The translations under genes were made by a program, and so were the position numbers. From NCBI GenBank assembly GCA_951406725.2, contig OX597826.1:15686001-15750000 (forward strand): DNA of 64,000 nt, read 5' to 3'. This stretch comes from Octopus vulgaris (taxonomy: Eukaryota). Below, piece after piece: positions 23,780 through 37,849 of the stretch (positions are counted from its first letter, which is position 1; each line of letters starts with the position of its first letter). The notes below the pieces were generated by a model, which saw nothing but the letters and a program-made list of their open reading frames with translations, was not told the origin of the DNA and did no database searches.

Positions 23780-24460
23780 TTCTCTTTCTTGATTGTGTGT
23801 CCTGTTCAATGATTTTTTAAGTCCCTTTTGATATTGCAGCAGTAGTCAGCCATCATTCGTTTGTCCCACCGTCCCTGGTAGCGCTCTTTTATTGTTTTGA
23901 TATCCTGATGGAATCGTTCTCCTTGCTCATCAGACACATCGACGCAATTATCCGGAAATTTATCTAGATGGCTATGTAAAAAAAATGAATCTTAACACTC
24001 ATATTAGCGCCTATGTTCTGTCGACATTTCAACAGCTTTTCCACTAACTCCATGTATGTTTGCGGCCCAGCGATTGCCCAAGAATGTTTTCACCACGTCA
24101 ACAAACTATGTCCAAGCGCGTAATTCCAATTCATTTATTGAATTAACAAATTCATCATCGTTAATGAGTTTCCTGATATCAGGACCATCAAACACTCCTG
24201 TTTTTCGATGCTATGTCCTGGAAACGATTTACATATATACTCAGAATATTTACTTTCTTTGTTGAGTGAGTTTACATACTGTTCCATTAATCCCAATTTG
24301 ATATGCAAGGGAGGGAAGATGATATTTCTTCTTTCTTTCCATCTCCTCATTCTTTTGCCCCCTTCCTCTATGTCGTCATCTTATTAATGTATTTCACTCT
24401 CATCTTCCCTTATTTTCCCCTATTTGTCTCTGATGACGGAATATCCTATACACGGGGTAA
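23780..24460 (-). pseudogene. Chapaev3/CMC-like DNA transposase fragment
   Basis: PPLHIKLGLM and HLDKFPDNCVDVSDEQGERFHQDIK...RYQGRW..MMADYC motifs; the superfamily assignment is from recall. Confidence 0.65.
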
Positions 24461-24781
24461 TCTCAGAAACAGCTATAAGATTTTGAATTTCTTCCTATAA
24501 TAATATTGTATACGACTTGAGATCTTGAGATGTTTGCCTTGCCTTAAAGTTTACTGTCCTGTTTAGCAATTAAATAAATAAATATATATCTATATACACA
24601 CACATACATTCATGTATGTAAGTGTAGAGATGTAGATATATTTATATAAACACACCTGTTTTTTCTCTTGTATATGTGTGCGCAGGAATCTTTATCAACA
24701 TACATTCATCCGTCTTTGGTAACAATTTTAAATCCATTGAAATAACGTATATCATGCTCAGTACAATATTTGGCAAATATT

Positions 24782-24818
<37 letters not shown>

Positions 24819-24978
24819 AAACACACACTCCTACACGTATCCATATGCATAAATGCATACTCACACAATGCTGCTATACAGTTAATCTCCATGTTTGGTG
24901 TTGTTTATCTTACACAATTATAGATGTAGACACACATGGGCGTTTACAATTACACTATTATGTAGCATCAATTATATA

Positions 24979-25022
<44 letters not shown>

Positions 25023-25557
25023 TGCGTGTATGTGTGTGTATGAGCGTGCATCCGTTTGTATACCTGGGTACATATGCATATGTTCTCTTTTTTCATTATA
25101 TTTATTATTACCTTATACATTTTTATAACACACCTTTCTCGTTGCATTGTAAAGCGAATAAATGAGAAATAACTAATTTTTCCCGTAAAAAATTTCGAAA
25201 AAGTTTTCGTAAATGTAAATAAATACGGCAGTCTAAGCCGACAAGAATGCACAAAATAACAGATGGTTTTTGACAATATTCAGTGCTTCAGATGCATATG
25301 TGAAATTTCAAGAGAATGGGAAAAAAATCGTATGAAGATGCAGAAAATTACCGGCATATCTGTTTACCTGTGTACACATACGTATATATGTATATATATT
25401 CTGATAAGATATTGTATGTATATATATACATATACATAGATGCATACATACACAAAAACGCACACAAACTCACACACACATATGTTATATCTATCTACCT
25501 ATATATATATATGTCTGTGTGTGTGTGTATATATATATATATATGGAGAGAGAGAGA

Positions 25558-25607
<50 letters not shown>

Positions 25608-26539
25608 GATGTGTGAGTATATTATTAGCAATAATACAACAGTTAATTGTGCAGGAAAGTTTGTGATGTTCGATCTCATACCACACCTGAAAAAACATTT
25701 TCACAACCGAAACACCTATATTTCCATGTACATAGCAAAACATGTAAGAGAAAAAAATCATTTTAAATACATTTCTCACTTGTTTGTAAATACAGCTACA
25801 TGCATTTTTTAAAATTTTCTCTTAGAAATATGAAAAACATCAACAATTATGGTGGAATGTACTTAGATATTTTTGGATATTTACATTAACCTATGCATTC
25901 AAATTTTTATCTGTCATTCTGAAATATAACAGATGCACTTCAAACAAGTAATATTTAAATCTTCCATATATATTAACTGGCGGGTAAATATTAATTATTT
26001 ATAAACGCATGGTTTTTTGTTATGTAATGATAATATGCTACTAAGTATCTTAAACGTTTTTATAAGTCAAACCGAGTACTACTTTGTTAGCAATGGAAAT
26101 AAATCACGTATTAACGTCATCTCTACAGATTTTCTAGAGAGATTATAGCTAGCATTGATTTTGTTACGAAGTTTCGTATCCAAGACGTCAGATGTAAACA
26201 AATAACAAAATCTAACCCATTAATTGATCACGAACTCATTGATTAAAACGTCACTACATATAGCAATATAACGATATTGGATAAATCAATTTACGTATTA
26301 AACACATCCCGGAAGCTGGCGCGTAAATATTAATAACTTGTAGGCACACGGTAATTCATTTTGCAGTGCCCTGCTAACACACCAGTACACAGAATTGACT
26401 TATAAAAATATTTGATATAGGTTCTAACTTATGTTTGCATAACCAAATACCGTGTGCCTACAATTCTTTAACGTTTAGGTACCAGCTTCCAGGAATGAGT
26501 TTAATATGTAAAATGGTATATCCAATATCGATACACCGC

Positions 26540-27360
26540 TATATGTACACACCCATTACACATTTTTGCATCTTGAGCAGTCGCGTTGCAAGCGGTATCG
26601 AGATCCGTATAAGATCAGTCGGCTGGAATTTGCAGACGATATGGTACAACTCAACACATCGGAAGGTGACCCCAGAAGCGTACTTGATAAGTTTGCTGCA
26701 GGAATGAAAATCTATGCCGCGTAGTTTGGAACACTTGTCTTCTCCAGGATGCTTGCGCAATGCAATGCACTTTTGAGTGGAGTTCCACTGCAAAAGGTAG
26801 ATATGTTCAAATATCTCGGGGTTGTTTTCACGTTTGATGGAAGCCAGGAGACTAAATTATGTTCAAGTATTACGGGAACTAATGTAGAAATGCGCCAACT
26901 TCAACTTTCGGTTATCAGAAGAAGGGAGATAGGTGTAGTAACTGCTCTCGTAATCTTCAGTTCGGTGTTCGTGCCTACGTTATGTATTGTTATCGATCTT
27001 GCGTAATGACTCAAAGATTACGATCGTGATTATAAGTGCTTGGGATAGGCGCCTTCTATTCTTAGGAGTAACATTACTCGATAAACTGCATAACTCGGAG
27101 ATTATAAGCGCTCCGGGTAGAACTGTTACCTCTCTGAACTGACAGATTAAAGCCAGGTTAGTACTGACATGTAGTAAGAATATCTCAGGAAAGAATCACG
27201 GTCAAAACTAACTGGCAGGAAACGACGGGGGAAACCATGAGCAAGATGGTTGGAATACATCACTGATCTCAGTTGTTTTCACTTGGAGATCCAGGTGAAT
27301 CAAAAGGCGAGAGTTATTTCTGGCAAGGCCAGATGGAAGAGGTACTTCAAGACATTGCTC
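26540..27360 (+). pseudogene. RTE-like LINE 3' fragment
   Basis: LQKVDMFKYLGVVFTFDGSQE...IFSSVFVPTL; ends near a (GAGAT)n tail. Confidence 0.65.
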
Positions 27361-28260
27361 CGACAATCCTTGTTGACAAAGTCGGTGACAAAGATGAGAT
27401 GAGATGAGATGTGATGAGATGAACATTGAAAATATCTCTCAGTTTAAGAGGTATATTGTTGTTCATCTTGTCGGGCTTTTGCATATTCAAATGCCTGTTT
27501 TGATCAGAGTGAGTCTTAAATGTCTTATTGCAAATATGGCATATGAGTATGTCTGCTGGAATAATGGTTGTGTTATTTGTATCAACGATATGAAGATGAG
27601 TTCTGAAAGTCAGAAGTTAAGGCACGCGTTGAACAAACGAAGGATGATACTAATTCTGTTCGTTTGTTTTTATGCAAAATATTTTACACTTGACCAGGTC
27701 ATTCACGGCATTTAATAAAGATTACGATCGTGATTATAAGTGCTTGGGATAGGCGCCTTCTATTCTTAGGATAACATTACTCGATAAACTGCATAACTCG
27801 AGATTATAAGCGCTCCGGGTAGAACTGTTACCTCTCTGAACTGACAGATTAAAGCCAGGTTAGTACAATTGTTTTCTTTATTTCTGGCAAGGCCAGATGG
27901 AAGAGGTACTTCAAGACATGGTATCGGTGACAAAGATGAGATGAGATGAGATGTGATGAGATGAACATTGAAAATATCTCTCAGTTTAAGAGGTATATTG
28001 TTGTTCATCTTGTCGGGCTTTTGCATATTCAAATGCCTGTTTTGATCAGAGTGAGTCTTAAATGTCTTATTGCAAAATATGGCATATGAGTATGTCTGCT
28101 GGAATAATGGTTGTGTTATTTGTATCAACGATATGAAGATGAATTCTGAAAGTCAGAAGTTAAGGCACGCGTTGAGCAAACGAAGGATGATACTAATTCT
28201 GTTCGTTTGTTTTTATGCAAAATATTTTACACTTGACCAGGTCATTCACGGCATTTAATA
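27013..28260 (+). repeat. Local tandem duplication (about 700 bp unit; second copy internally deleted)
   Basis: aaagattacgatcgtgattataag starts at 27013 and at 27717; both units end in ...cacggcatttaata. Confidence 0.9.
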
Positions 28261-28339
28261 GCAATAGATTCAATCTTTGTATGGTATATTCAACAATCAA
28301 GATTAATTTTTTTGTTTGCTTATATGTTTGTTTTTTTCT

Positions 28340-29520
28340 TTATGGTTCACATTGTTTTCGCTTCCTGTAGATGGATCAGCATTGAAAATCCCACTTAGCA
28401 ATGCGTTCATCCCCACTTCCATATCAAATGACCTGTCAAACTCAGCTAATTGGAAACGGACATAGAGCAAATTAAATAGATTCTTGCTCTTTCTAAAGCA
28501 TCGGTGTATTGCGTAAACAGTTTCTGGTTAATCACGAGAATTTGTCGAAGACACTTTTGACGAACGCATTCTAAGAATTTCCTGTGGTGATTTTAAACTG
28601 CTTTCATTTCTGCCGTATTATAAAAGGGAAATAGCACGAATGTATGATAAATCAATTTTCGTAACTGCACACGATTCCTAACAGAACGAAAAATATTACC
28701 TACGTTTTGAGTGCTAAATGCAATTTCTGTATCATAAGTGACTTTGAATTTAACTATACTGAATAGATATTTAGTGACATCGAAAGTAGGTAATCTTTGA
28801 TTTTCACATATATTAGAGGAACTGTAGGGACAAACCCTACAGTTTGATACATTAGCACAGTTTGATACGGATTGAATCATTAACACAGTTTTCTTTGCAA
28901 ATGTGTCACAAGTAGCCTCAAATACATTGATGGCCTCACTGATATTGAGCAAGTCACTAGGGAATCTCTAATAAGAGATTTAAGACCAAGCACTTGGTGT
29001 CAGCCCTATTTAGATTAAAGTGATTTCTTTTAGTATGAGAGCGGATATAAACATCCTCTTCACGGATACGAAAAGAAGTCGACAACATAGCGGTAAATTA
29101 AACATCGAAAAGTAGTGGAACAACAAGATTAGCCTATTCTACAGCATTATGATGTAAAGTGCATCCGGTTATGGGCTTTGTTTGGAACTCCCATGTTTTG
29201 GGAAGTGTGGAAACTTCCTAAAACATAATTTTTGTTTTGTATACTCTAACACTCTGACCCAGAGTAGGATACCGCCAGGATACCAGCTATGTGTAATTTA
29301 ACAAGTCACAGAATTATCATAGGAAAAATGTCACTCACATACACCAAAAGAGACCCACTTGGGGTACGATTATTCATCTCATTAACACCTCAGAAGGTAA
29401 CGCTATTAAAATCCTTCACGAAGATAACTCATGGGCTCTTAGCATGTGTAGTACCAAGCCAGTACAAAATTGAAAGATGAGAGGGGAATTGACTATGCTC
29501 TGACCATACCCACTATAATA
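28340..29520 (-). pseudogene. Highly degraded RTE LINE fragment
   Basis: Manual translation: FLECVRQKCLRQILVI...DALERARI...LSLTGHLI...DERIAK. Confidence 0.55.
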
Positions 29521-29642
29521 ATATTCATCGCGTCAGTTGTCCGGCAAATGCTGATTCGAAATAAATCAAGGTTTTTTATACTCAGTGGAGAAACAATGGA
29601 AGTAGACAACAATACACCTGATAATAATACAGAGTGTGTATT

Positions 29643-29830
29643 AAGGCGGTGAGCTGGCAGAATCTCTACACGCCGAGTAAAATGCTTTACAGAATTTCGT
29701 CTGTGTTTACATTCTGAGTTCAAATGCTGTTAAGGTTGACTTTGCATTTCATCCTTTCGAGATCAATAAAATAAGTACCAGTTGAGCACTGGATTCAATG
29801 TAATCATCTTACCTCCTCCTCCTTCAAACT
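29643..29830 (+). mobile_element. SINE family B
   Basis: aaggcggtgagctggcagaa...ttctgagttcaaat...ttcatcctttcgagatcaataaaataagtacc. Confidence 0.8.
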
Positions 29831-31514
29831 TGCTGAAATTAGTTACAGAGTGCATTTCGAACGACATGTACGACAACACACACATACACACACGCACGCA
29901 CTCACACACACACACACATGCGCACACTCACACACACACAAACAAACACTCATGCACACGCACACACAAACACATACAAACAGAAACGAAATTATCCTTG
30001 TGTCTTTAATGATAAAAAAGTTAAGTGGCGAAACAGTCAACTTTTTCCATTTGATCTGCTAATGAGGAATTAATTGCATTAATTTTCAAAAGCAAGAGTA
30101 TATCTACGTGAAATTGAGACCTAAGCGTGAGAGTAAACACAGCTAAACTATACGTGTGCATTACAAGAATCATATAGAAATTCCTTGTACTTTCGGCGAA
30201 CATTTGGATGAATGAGTCACCGATACATCGACTGAGGTCCCCTACATCGAGTGAGTGCAGGCATGCAAAAGAATGTGTCAGTTTTAAAGCTATGAGGCAA
30301 AGAGACGAGCGGAGTCCATCAGACGCTCTAGCATTAACTGAGACGAAGGATATAGTGAAGAAGTTTGATCGTCGGTTTTGAGGTACTTTTTTACGCTGCT
30401 ATTTGATTTATACGCCTTAAAAATGGATCGACGCTGAGCGCTGAAGTAACTTTGGAAAATGTGGTTGAGTGTAGAGCCAGCAAGCGTAAAACATTTCACG
30501 AATTTCTAAAATAATGAACGATCCTAGCGTCCCAGAGCTGTGCCTAGTATTAAACAGCTGATTAATGATTTTACGGTAGATCCTTTTCAGTAGACAGGCC
30601 AGTTGCTACACAAGGATGTAAAAAATACGCAAAGGGTCGCTCCAGAAAAGTTCCCGACGCTAAAAGGGTATATGAAAAGGATATCAGCAACAGACAATGA
30701 AACATCAGGCACAGCCACAGAAAGGTCGAAAGAGATAAACTCCTTCGAAGTTCCAACAGTGAACGTGGAATATCAGTGTCCTATTTCTCCGTTTCACACT
30801 ATCAAAACCACACTACCATGTAGCAGCAAGGAAAAGAAGAGAGAAAGTGAGGCATAACCAGAAAGGAAAAGAAAAACAGTTCAACTTCACTGCAAGGGAA
30901 GCAAGAAAAACATGTGAGGACAAGAAGACATTCTACATTACATCATACATCAAGCTGAAAACATAATTCTTTCTTCAAGAAACGCAGAACTGATATGGAA
31001 ATTATAATGAATCTACAATTCCACCTAATGGCATATTCCTTGTAGATTTGCAATTAAATAGGCTTCGACTACGTGGAGCTTTGAAAGACAAAATATTAAT
31101 TAAAAAGAAACTGACATTACTTAGGCTAACACAATATAGCCTACGAATGTTACGTGCTGCTTTAATTCATGTTAATTTTACATAATCAATATTTATACGG
31201 TGTTATAATTTTCGCATTTAAAAATATTGTCACTGTACAAAATTCTTACTACATCCTGTGCCGTTTCATGAAATTATTCCTTATTCACCCACTGTGTTTA
31301 TATTTTGTATCCCACAGACATATCGCATATTTGTATTTTGGGCCTCAGCATCCAATGAAGAATTTCTTTTAAGTATTTTCATTCGTCTGGGAACGATAAC
31401 CTGAAGTATCACAGAAGTATTGTGGTCGACGGTATCAACTACTCTTCTTTCAAAATTTATAGCCTTGTGTCCCAATCCAAATCATTATAATCTCCCACTT
31501 CTTCTTCAATACTC

Positions 31515-31561
<47 letters not shown>

Positions 31562-32116
31562 GAGTGAGAGAGCAGTTCATGCCATCAAAGTGACACCGGG
31601 GTAAAATATACGAAGCCCAATATACCCATCATGACTACCCGTCTGATAAGGGCACACCAGGCACATGCATCACAACCATATGTGCGCGGCACGGTGATCT
31701 CATATCAAGATAAACTGCACATGACCTTGCAGGTGGGGCCCAGTTAGAATTTTCTTCAGGTTGAGTAGCCCATCCCGCTCAAACGGTCCCTGAATAAGGG
31801 TTGTTTAAGGATGTTGAAAAACCCACCCATGTCTCCAGAGGTGAATTATTCAAAGCCCAAAGAATCCCTCTCAACACATGGCTATGATGCTCCCCCACTA
31901 CTTCTGCTCGTGATCAGAGATGCACATATCGTCAGCCACTAAGGGACATGCTCAACTGGTTACGGTCAAACAACTGAAAAGCAAATCTGTGGTATTGAGC
32001 AGAATATTTGCTATAGCCCATCTTTTATACCAAGACAGAACAATGTACATGATAACACTTCCAATCAGTTAAGATCAGAAGCCATGAGAGCCTCTGCCTG
32101 GTACTGCATCAGGGCA
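31562..32116. mobile_element. Non-coding repeat inserted between (TAT)n tracts; partial diverged copy at about 41707-41850
   Basis: Bounded by (TAT)n on both sides; the internal segment atggctatgatgctccc...gcagaatatttgctata recurs at 41711-41848. Confidence 0.65.
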
Positions 32117-32169
32117 TTATTATTATTATTATTATTATTATTATCATCATTATTATTAGTAGTAGTAGT

Positions 32170-32969
32170 ATTTTAAGTTTGAATTTTGCTTTATATTTGT
32201 ACAAGCTGGCTCCAAGTCTCCCCCAGAGACCTCAAGAGACAACAAGTTAGAAGTTCATGTTGCTGTTATGCCTAGGGAGCCATTTATTTGGCTTTGTACA
32301 TAGTGTTGATCTGGAGAATGTTTATAAATCCATTAGAAAATTATGTGTTTCTTTAAAAATTTGAGATTACATAGGCAGTATTTTACATAGGATATGGGCA
32401 GTTCCTATGAGCACTATCTTTTTAATTTCTGCCATTTTGGGGCTTCCTGGTGCCTGATCTAGGTAGCAATCAACCCCTTTTGCTATCATTCCTAGGGCAC
32501 CAATGACAACAGGTATTGTTTAGTCTTCAGGTTCCACACTTTACCAATTTCTATTTCAAGATCTTTATCCTTGCTCAGGTTTTGGTAGGTCTTGACAGAT
32601 ACGTTTATATCGATTGGGAGAGTTATATTAATGAGGAGGCATGATTTTTGTCTGAAATCTTTTAATATGATGTCTGGCCTATATGCACCTATCTTTCTGT
32701 CAGTTTGAATGGTGAAGTTCTAGAGGAGTGAGATGTGATCATTTTCAAGCACTGGAGGTGGTTTGTGTTTCCACCAATTTTTATCTTAGAGCAAGTCCAG
32801 TTTTTTTGCAAATTACCCAGTGAATATACTGTGCCTATCATGCCTGTTGAGATATTCTGTAGGCGCTAAAAGACTGCTCTTGGAGACAAAATGATCTTTG
32901 GTTTCATTTTGTTGTTGACATACTCGACATGTTGGGCAGCTACCGTTCTTTAATAGATTGGCTTGGTAG

Positions 32970-32972
<3 letters not shown>
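32170..32972 (-). pseudogene. R4/Dong-like LINE 3' end (Zn knuckle + restriction-like endonuclease) in (TAA)n
   Basis: CRVCQQQNETKDH, RPDIILKDF..CLLINI, KDKDLEIEIGKVW, IPVVIGALGMI; flanked by TAA/TAT repeats. Confidence 0.8.
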
Positions 32973-33011
<39 letters not shown>

Positions 33012-33013
<2 letters not shown>

Positions 33014-33268
33014 GGCGGCGAGCTGCCAGAATGGTTAGCGGTATTTCGTTCGTTTTTACGTTCTGAGTTCAAATTCCACTTTTCCACCTTTACCTTTCAT
33101 CCTTTCGGGGTCGATAAATTAAGTACCACTTCAGTACTGGGGTTGATTTAATTGACTATCCCCTCACCCAAATTTCAGGCCTTGTGCCTATAATATTACT
33201 ATTATTATGAGTAGTATTAGTAGCAGCAGCAGTTGTAGTAGTTGTAGCAGTAGTAGTAGTAGTAGTAA

Positions 33269-33321
<53 letters not shown>

Positions 33322-33660
33322 CTAGTAAGGCTACGAACTGGTAGTCGTCAGCACGCCGGGAAAGCTACTCAGTGCCATTTTGTCATTCTTCCATCCATTC
33401 CGGGACAATAAAGTAAGTGACAGTTTAGCACCGCGTTTGATATAATCGACCGACGACATCCACTGTAACCGCTGGTCTTGCGCTAAGATTTGAAAACATA
33501 ATTACGATTATGAAAGGTGGCGAGCTTTCTCTGTTCTGAGTTCAAAGTCCACCGAGCTCGACTTAGCCTTTCATCTTTACGGAGTCGATAAAATAAATAC
33601 CAGCTGTAATCGACTCAGCCCCTCCCCCCAAATTACTAACCTTATGACAAAATTTGAAAC
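33012..33660 (+). mobile_element. Cluster of three SINE family B copies (33012-33192, 33327-33490, 33514-33660) separated by (TAG)n
   Basis: Repeated aaggcggcgagct...ttctgagttcaaa...tttcatc...gtcgataaa pattern. Confidence 0.75.
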
Positions 33661-34102
33661 CCTTATTATTATGATTATGATTGTGGTTGTTGTTGATTCG
33701 GTTGTTGCAGTCGTTTTGCTTCTTCTATTTTTATTAATACGGTTATATTCTAAAATGTTTCTATTTTCACTTTTTAATATATTTAATAAATTGACTCTAT
33801 AACTTGTGTAAGTCTTTTTTATGTTTTAAAAAGAACGCATTTTTACTTATGTAAACTCAACATTATTCCAGAATTAGTTTTCCATACCACTGCATCGACA
33901 TGAAATATACTTATAATTTTCTGCTACGCCGAGTTTCTTGATTGGCAGCGTGACCGACGAATATTTTCACTTTCTTTCAATAACGATGTTAAGCATAATA
34001 GAATGCACAATTTGTATTTTCAAGAAATGAAACTTCTGTTTTAAGAATAAATATGCTAAGTGATCTTTCGAATATATCTGTTGCAGCATACTCTTATTAT
34101 AT

Positions 34103-34149
<47 letters not shown>

Positions 34150-34519
34150 AACATGAAATCTAAGTATATTTAAATTGTGATGCATTGATGATTACAGAAG
34201 TAATGTATATCTTGACATCTTAACTCGATAACATGTTGAATCCAGGAAAGAGAGATTGGGAAATTTAGTGTGAGAAGCAGCATTATATGAACATTTTAAA
34301 TCGATAAACATTTCTCCTATAAATATGTATTCATACGAAATTCAGTGGAGAAAGAAATATGAAAATGTAATTGAAAATATTCATATGTGAATAAGCGAAA
34401 AGTAACTACATGGCGCTCAGTTAAATATTCAGATAAAAGGTATATTGGCTACCCAATTTATTAATGCAATTTACAATGGTAATTCAAATTATATTTTATC
34501 TAATTAATGTTCACTACTC

Positions 34520-34738
34520 TTTCTCTCTTTTACTCTTTTACTTGTTTCAATCATGTGAATGTGGCCATGCTGGAGCACCGCCTTTAGTCGATCAAATCGA
34601 CCCCAGGACTTATTCTTCGTAAGCCTAGTACTTATTTTATCGGTCTCTTCTTTGCCGAACCGCTAAGTGACGGGGACGTAAATACACCAGCTTCGGTTGT
34701 CAAGCGATGTTGGGGGTACAAACACAGACACGCAAACA

Positions 34739-34774
<36 letters not shown>

Positions 34775-34947
34775 TATACATATATACGACGGGCTTCTTT
34801 CAGTTTCCGTCTACCAAATCCACTCACAAGGCTTTGGTCGGCCCGAGGCTATAGTAGAAGACACTTGCCCAAGGTGCCACGCAGTGGGACTGAACCCGGA
34901 ACCATGTGGTTCGTAAGCAAGCTACTTACCACACATCCACTCCTACG
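34520..34947 (-). mobile_element. SINE family A, full length
   Basis: Head ggagtggatgtgtggtaagtagcttgc...ccgggttcagtccc; same body as 1302-1708. Confidence 0.9.
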
Positions 34948-35272
34948 CTCTTACCATGTTACGTTACTTGTAGGTGTATCAGCCTTCATTTTATAAAAAT
35001 TACACTTGCTATGTATTACTCAATCTAAGCAGTACAATCGGTGCTAATCAGACATGCAGTTTAATGTAAATCTGGGGTGGGGGACTATCTTGCTAGATGG
35101 AGTTGGATAAGTATAAGAGGACTGAATTGTCAAAATAATGCTAAAATTTACCACAGTGTAAAATTTCAAGAATCATCTTGAATGAAATGAAATCAATTTA
35201 TCTCATCAATGTTTTTTCTATGGTCAATATACAAAGGTGGTTTAAAATTCTATAAACAAGAATGTTAGTAGT

Positions 35273-35304
<32 letters not shown>

Positions 35305-35415
35305 GTGTTGGCTTGTATACTCGTGTGGGGGTGCTATCTAACATATGTGCCTGCGTATGAGGCTACAGGACGCATGAGTGTGAGTTAAAGTGCCTGTGTG
35401 TTTAACTGGATAGAA

Positions 35416-35816
35416 TATTCTTTTCTACTCTAGGTACAAGGCTCGAAATTTTGGGGGAGGGGGCCAGCCGATCAGATCAACTCCAGTATGCAACTGGTAC
35501 TTTATTTATTGACAACGAAAGGATGAAAGACAATGACAATCTCGGCGGAATTTGAACTCAGAACGTAAAGACAGACGAAATACTTATTTCTTTACTACCA
35601 CAAGGGGCTAAACACAGAGATGACAAACAAGGATAGACACACGGATTAAGTCGATTATATCGACCCAGTACGCAACTGGTACTTAATTTATGGAGCCCGA
35701 AAGGATGAAAGGTAAAGTCGACCTCGGCGGAATTTAAACTCAGAACGTAGCGGCAGACGAAACACCGCTAAGCATTTCGCCCGGTGTGCTAACGTTTCTG
35801 ACAGCTCGCCGCCTTA
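35416..35816 (-). mobile_element. SINE family B, dimeric form
   Basis: Full head aaggcggcgagctg followed by two copies of the ttctgagttc...tttcatcctt...gtaccagttgc core. Confidence 0.85.
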
Positions 35817-36317
35817 AATGAACAGCTGTGTAGCTCTAGTTGACCACTTGAATTTGACACCGAAGTATAGGGATGGAGACACATTGCACTGACATCAGCC
35901 ATCCGAAAACGTTTGCATTGAAGCAGAAAACATGACGCGTGTTAGTATCAATAAAGGAATTTGAGCGGGGCATATATTAAGACATTCGTAGTCAGCGAAA
36001 TAAATACCGAGAAAATGCACTTTACAGTTTTAGGACTATCAGCTACCCTTCAATAATCTGTAAAGGTAAAAAGGTATCAATACTGTCAAAGTTAAGTGAT
36101 CTACAAACTAGATGAGTAAAAATAAAACGAAATATATAAAATCTAACAAAAAGTACGTGATTGTTTAACCCTATATTGTTGATGAGTATTTTTTTTCATT
36201 TCACACTATACTACATATCATTGTTTGGTCTCTTAAAACAATCTAATGAATCATCTATTTAATGATACAAAAACTTATAGAGACATTTTGACCCATACGT
36301 AGTTATATATATATCTA

Positions 36318-36368
<51 letters not shown>

Positions 36369-36802
36369 TATTTCATTTAATCTACGTAGTGGAAGAAGCT
36401 GCAGAGTAAAAAATTATAATTTTTGTCTTTATAACAGTTGTGGCATAAAAATCACGATACTTCATAAAAAAAAATTATGAGTAACATAAGTCAATAGAGT
36501 GGAAAAAATCGGCTATAATCTCCGTATTGACATTGGTGATGTTTTGTGAATAAAAGTTTCCTTAGCAAAGTCAGTAAAATATTAATGTATGAATAAGCCT
36601 ATAAAATGCATAAAAAGAATGCTTCTGTACTTTTTGCTATGCGTAGAGCTTATATGCAAACATGATATGAGGGATTTAAAAACTTACTTACACATTCATT
36701 TCTGCAAGAAAATTGTTCATATGTTTGAGTTATATAATTTCGAACGATTATTTACGTATATACACTTAACACTTCTACACAGATTCATACACCTTTTGAC
36801 AG

Positions 36803-37197
36803 ATAAGCAAATACAATCATTCATCAACAGATGCTTGCGTAGTATACTTAAAATTAGATGGCCCGAGCACATAAGCAATATGGAGCTATGCCAAAAAACA
36901 AATCAAGTTTTGATTTAGGAGCAAATATTTAAGAAAAATTGGAAGTGGATTGGTGGCACAATTAGAAAAGAAACGCCAAATGTAGCGAAAAGTGCTTTAC
37001 AGTGGAAACCGGATGGATATAAATGGATATAACAAGAGATGTAGGCCTAAGAACTCATGGTGTAAATCAACATAAAAGGAACTAGAGAAAGGGGGACATT
37101 CATGGCAGAGTATAAGTACAGAGCGAAAAATTATCCGACATTATAAGTGGCCTATACTACGCTTTGGAGCGTTACAGGCAGAAAGAAGAAAGAAGAC
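36803..37197 (+). pseudogene. RTE LINE 3' end with (GAA)n tail
   Basis: IQSFINRCLRSILKIRWPEHISNMEL...WKWIG.TIRK...SALQWKPDG. Confidence 0.8.
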
Positions 37198-37755
37198 AGA
37201 TTCAGACGTAATATATGCTTGTCGCTGTAGTGTATGTCATAAGAGAATAGCTCCTCCGTTTGATGACGACAGTGTGTTCAATTCAATCGGCTTTTTTGGT
37301 GTATGGCCTTCTGGGATACCGGTGTTTCGTCATTCTGCGTCTCATTAGCCAGAAGCAACCGGAACGCTGATTATAAATGAGGCAGCTGGCTTTATAATTT
37401 CAGTGAGCAAATTGTTTGCTGAACGGTTCGTATAGCTACGAAATGATTTTTAAAGATCGTTATTTGTATTATATACAGCTAGATCTGGAACGATTATTTA
37501 TTCTTAATGCACTTCAAAGGCCAAATATACTGTTCGGTGTAGTGTAGGTCATAGGCGAATGGTTTTTCCCTTTTACGTCAACACTTTGTTCAACACACTC
37601 GATCCATTGGCACACGGCATTCAAAGACAGATGGTGTTTCGATCAGTCATATCTCGTCATATCGGTATATCGGTGTTCCAGAATAAATATCCAAATATAC
37701 GTTTCAGATTTCGCTGAACACGGTGCAAATAAAATACTTTTTACCTATTAGATAA

Positions 37756-37849
<94 letters not shown>

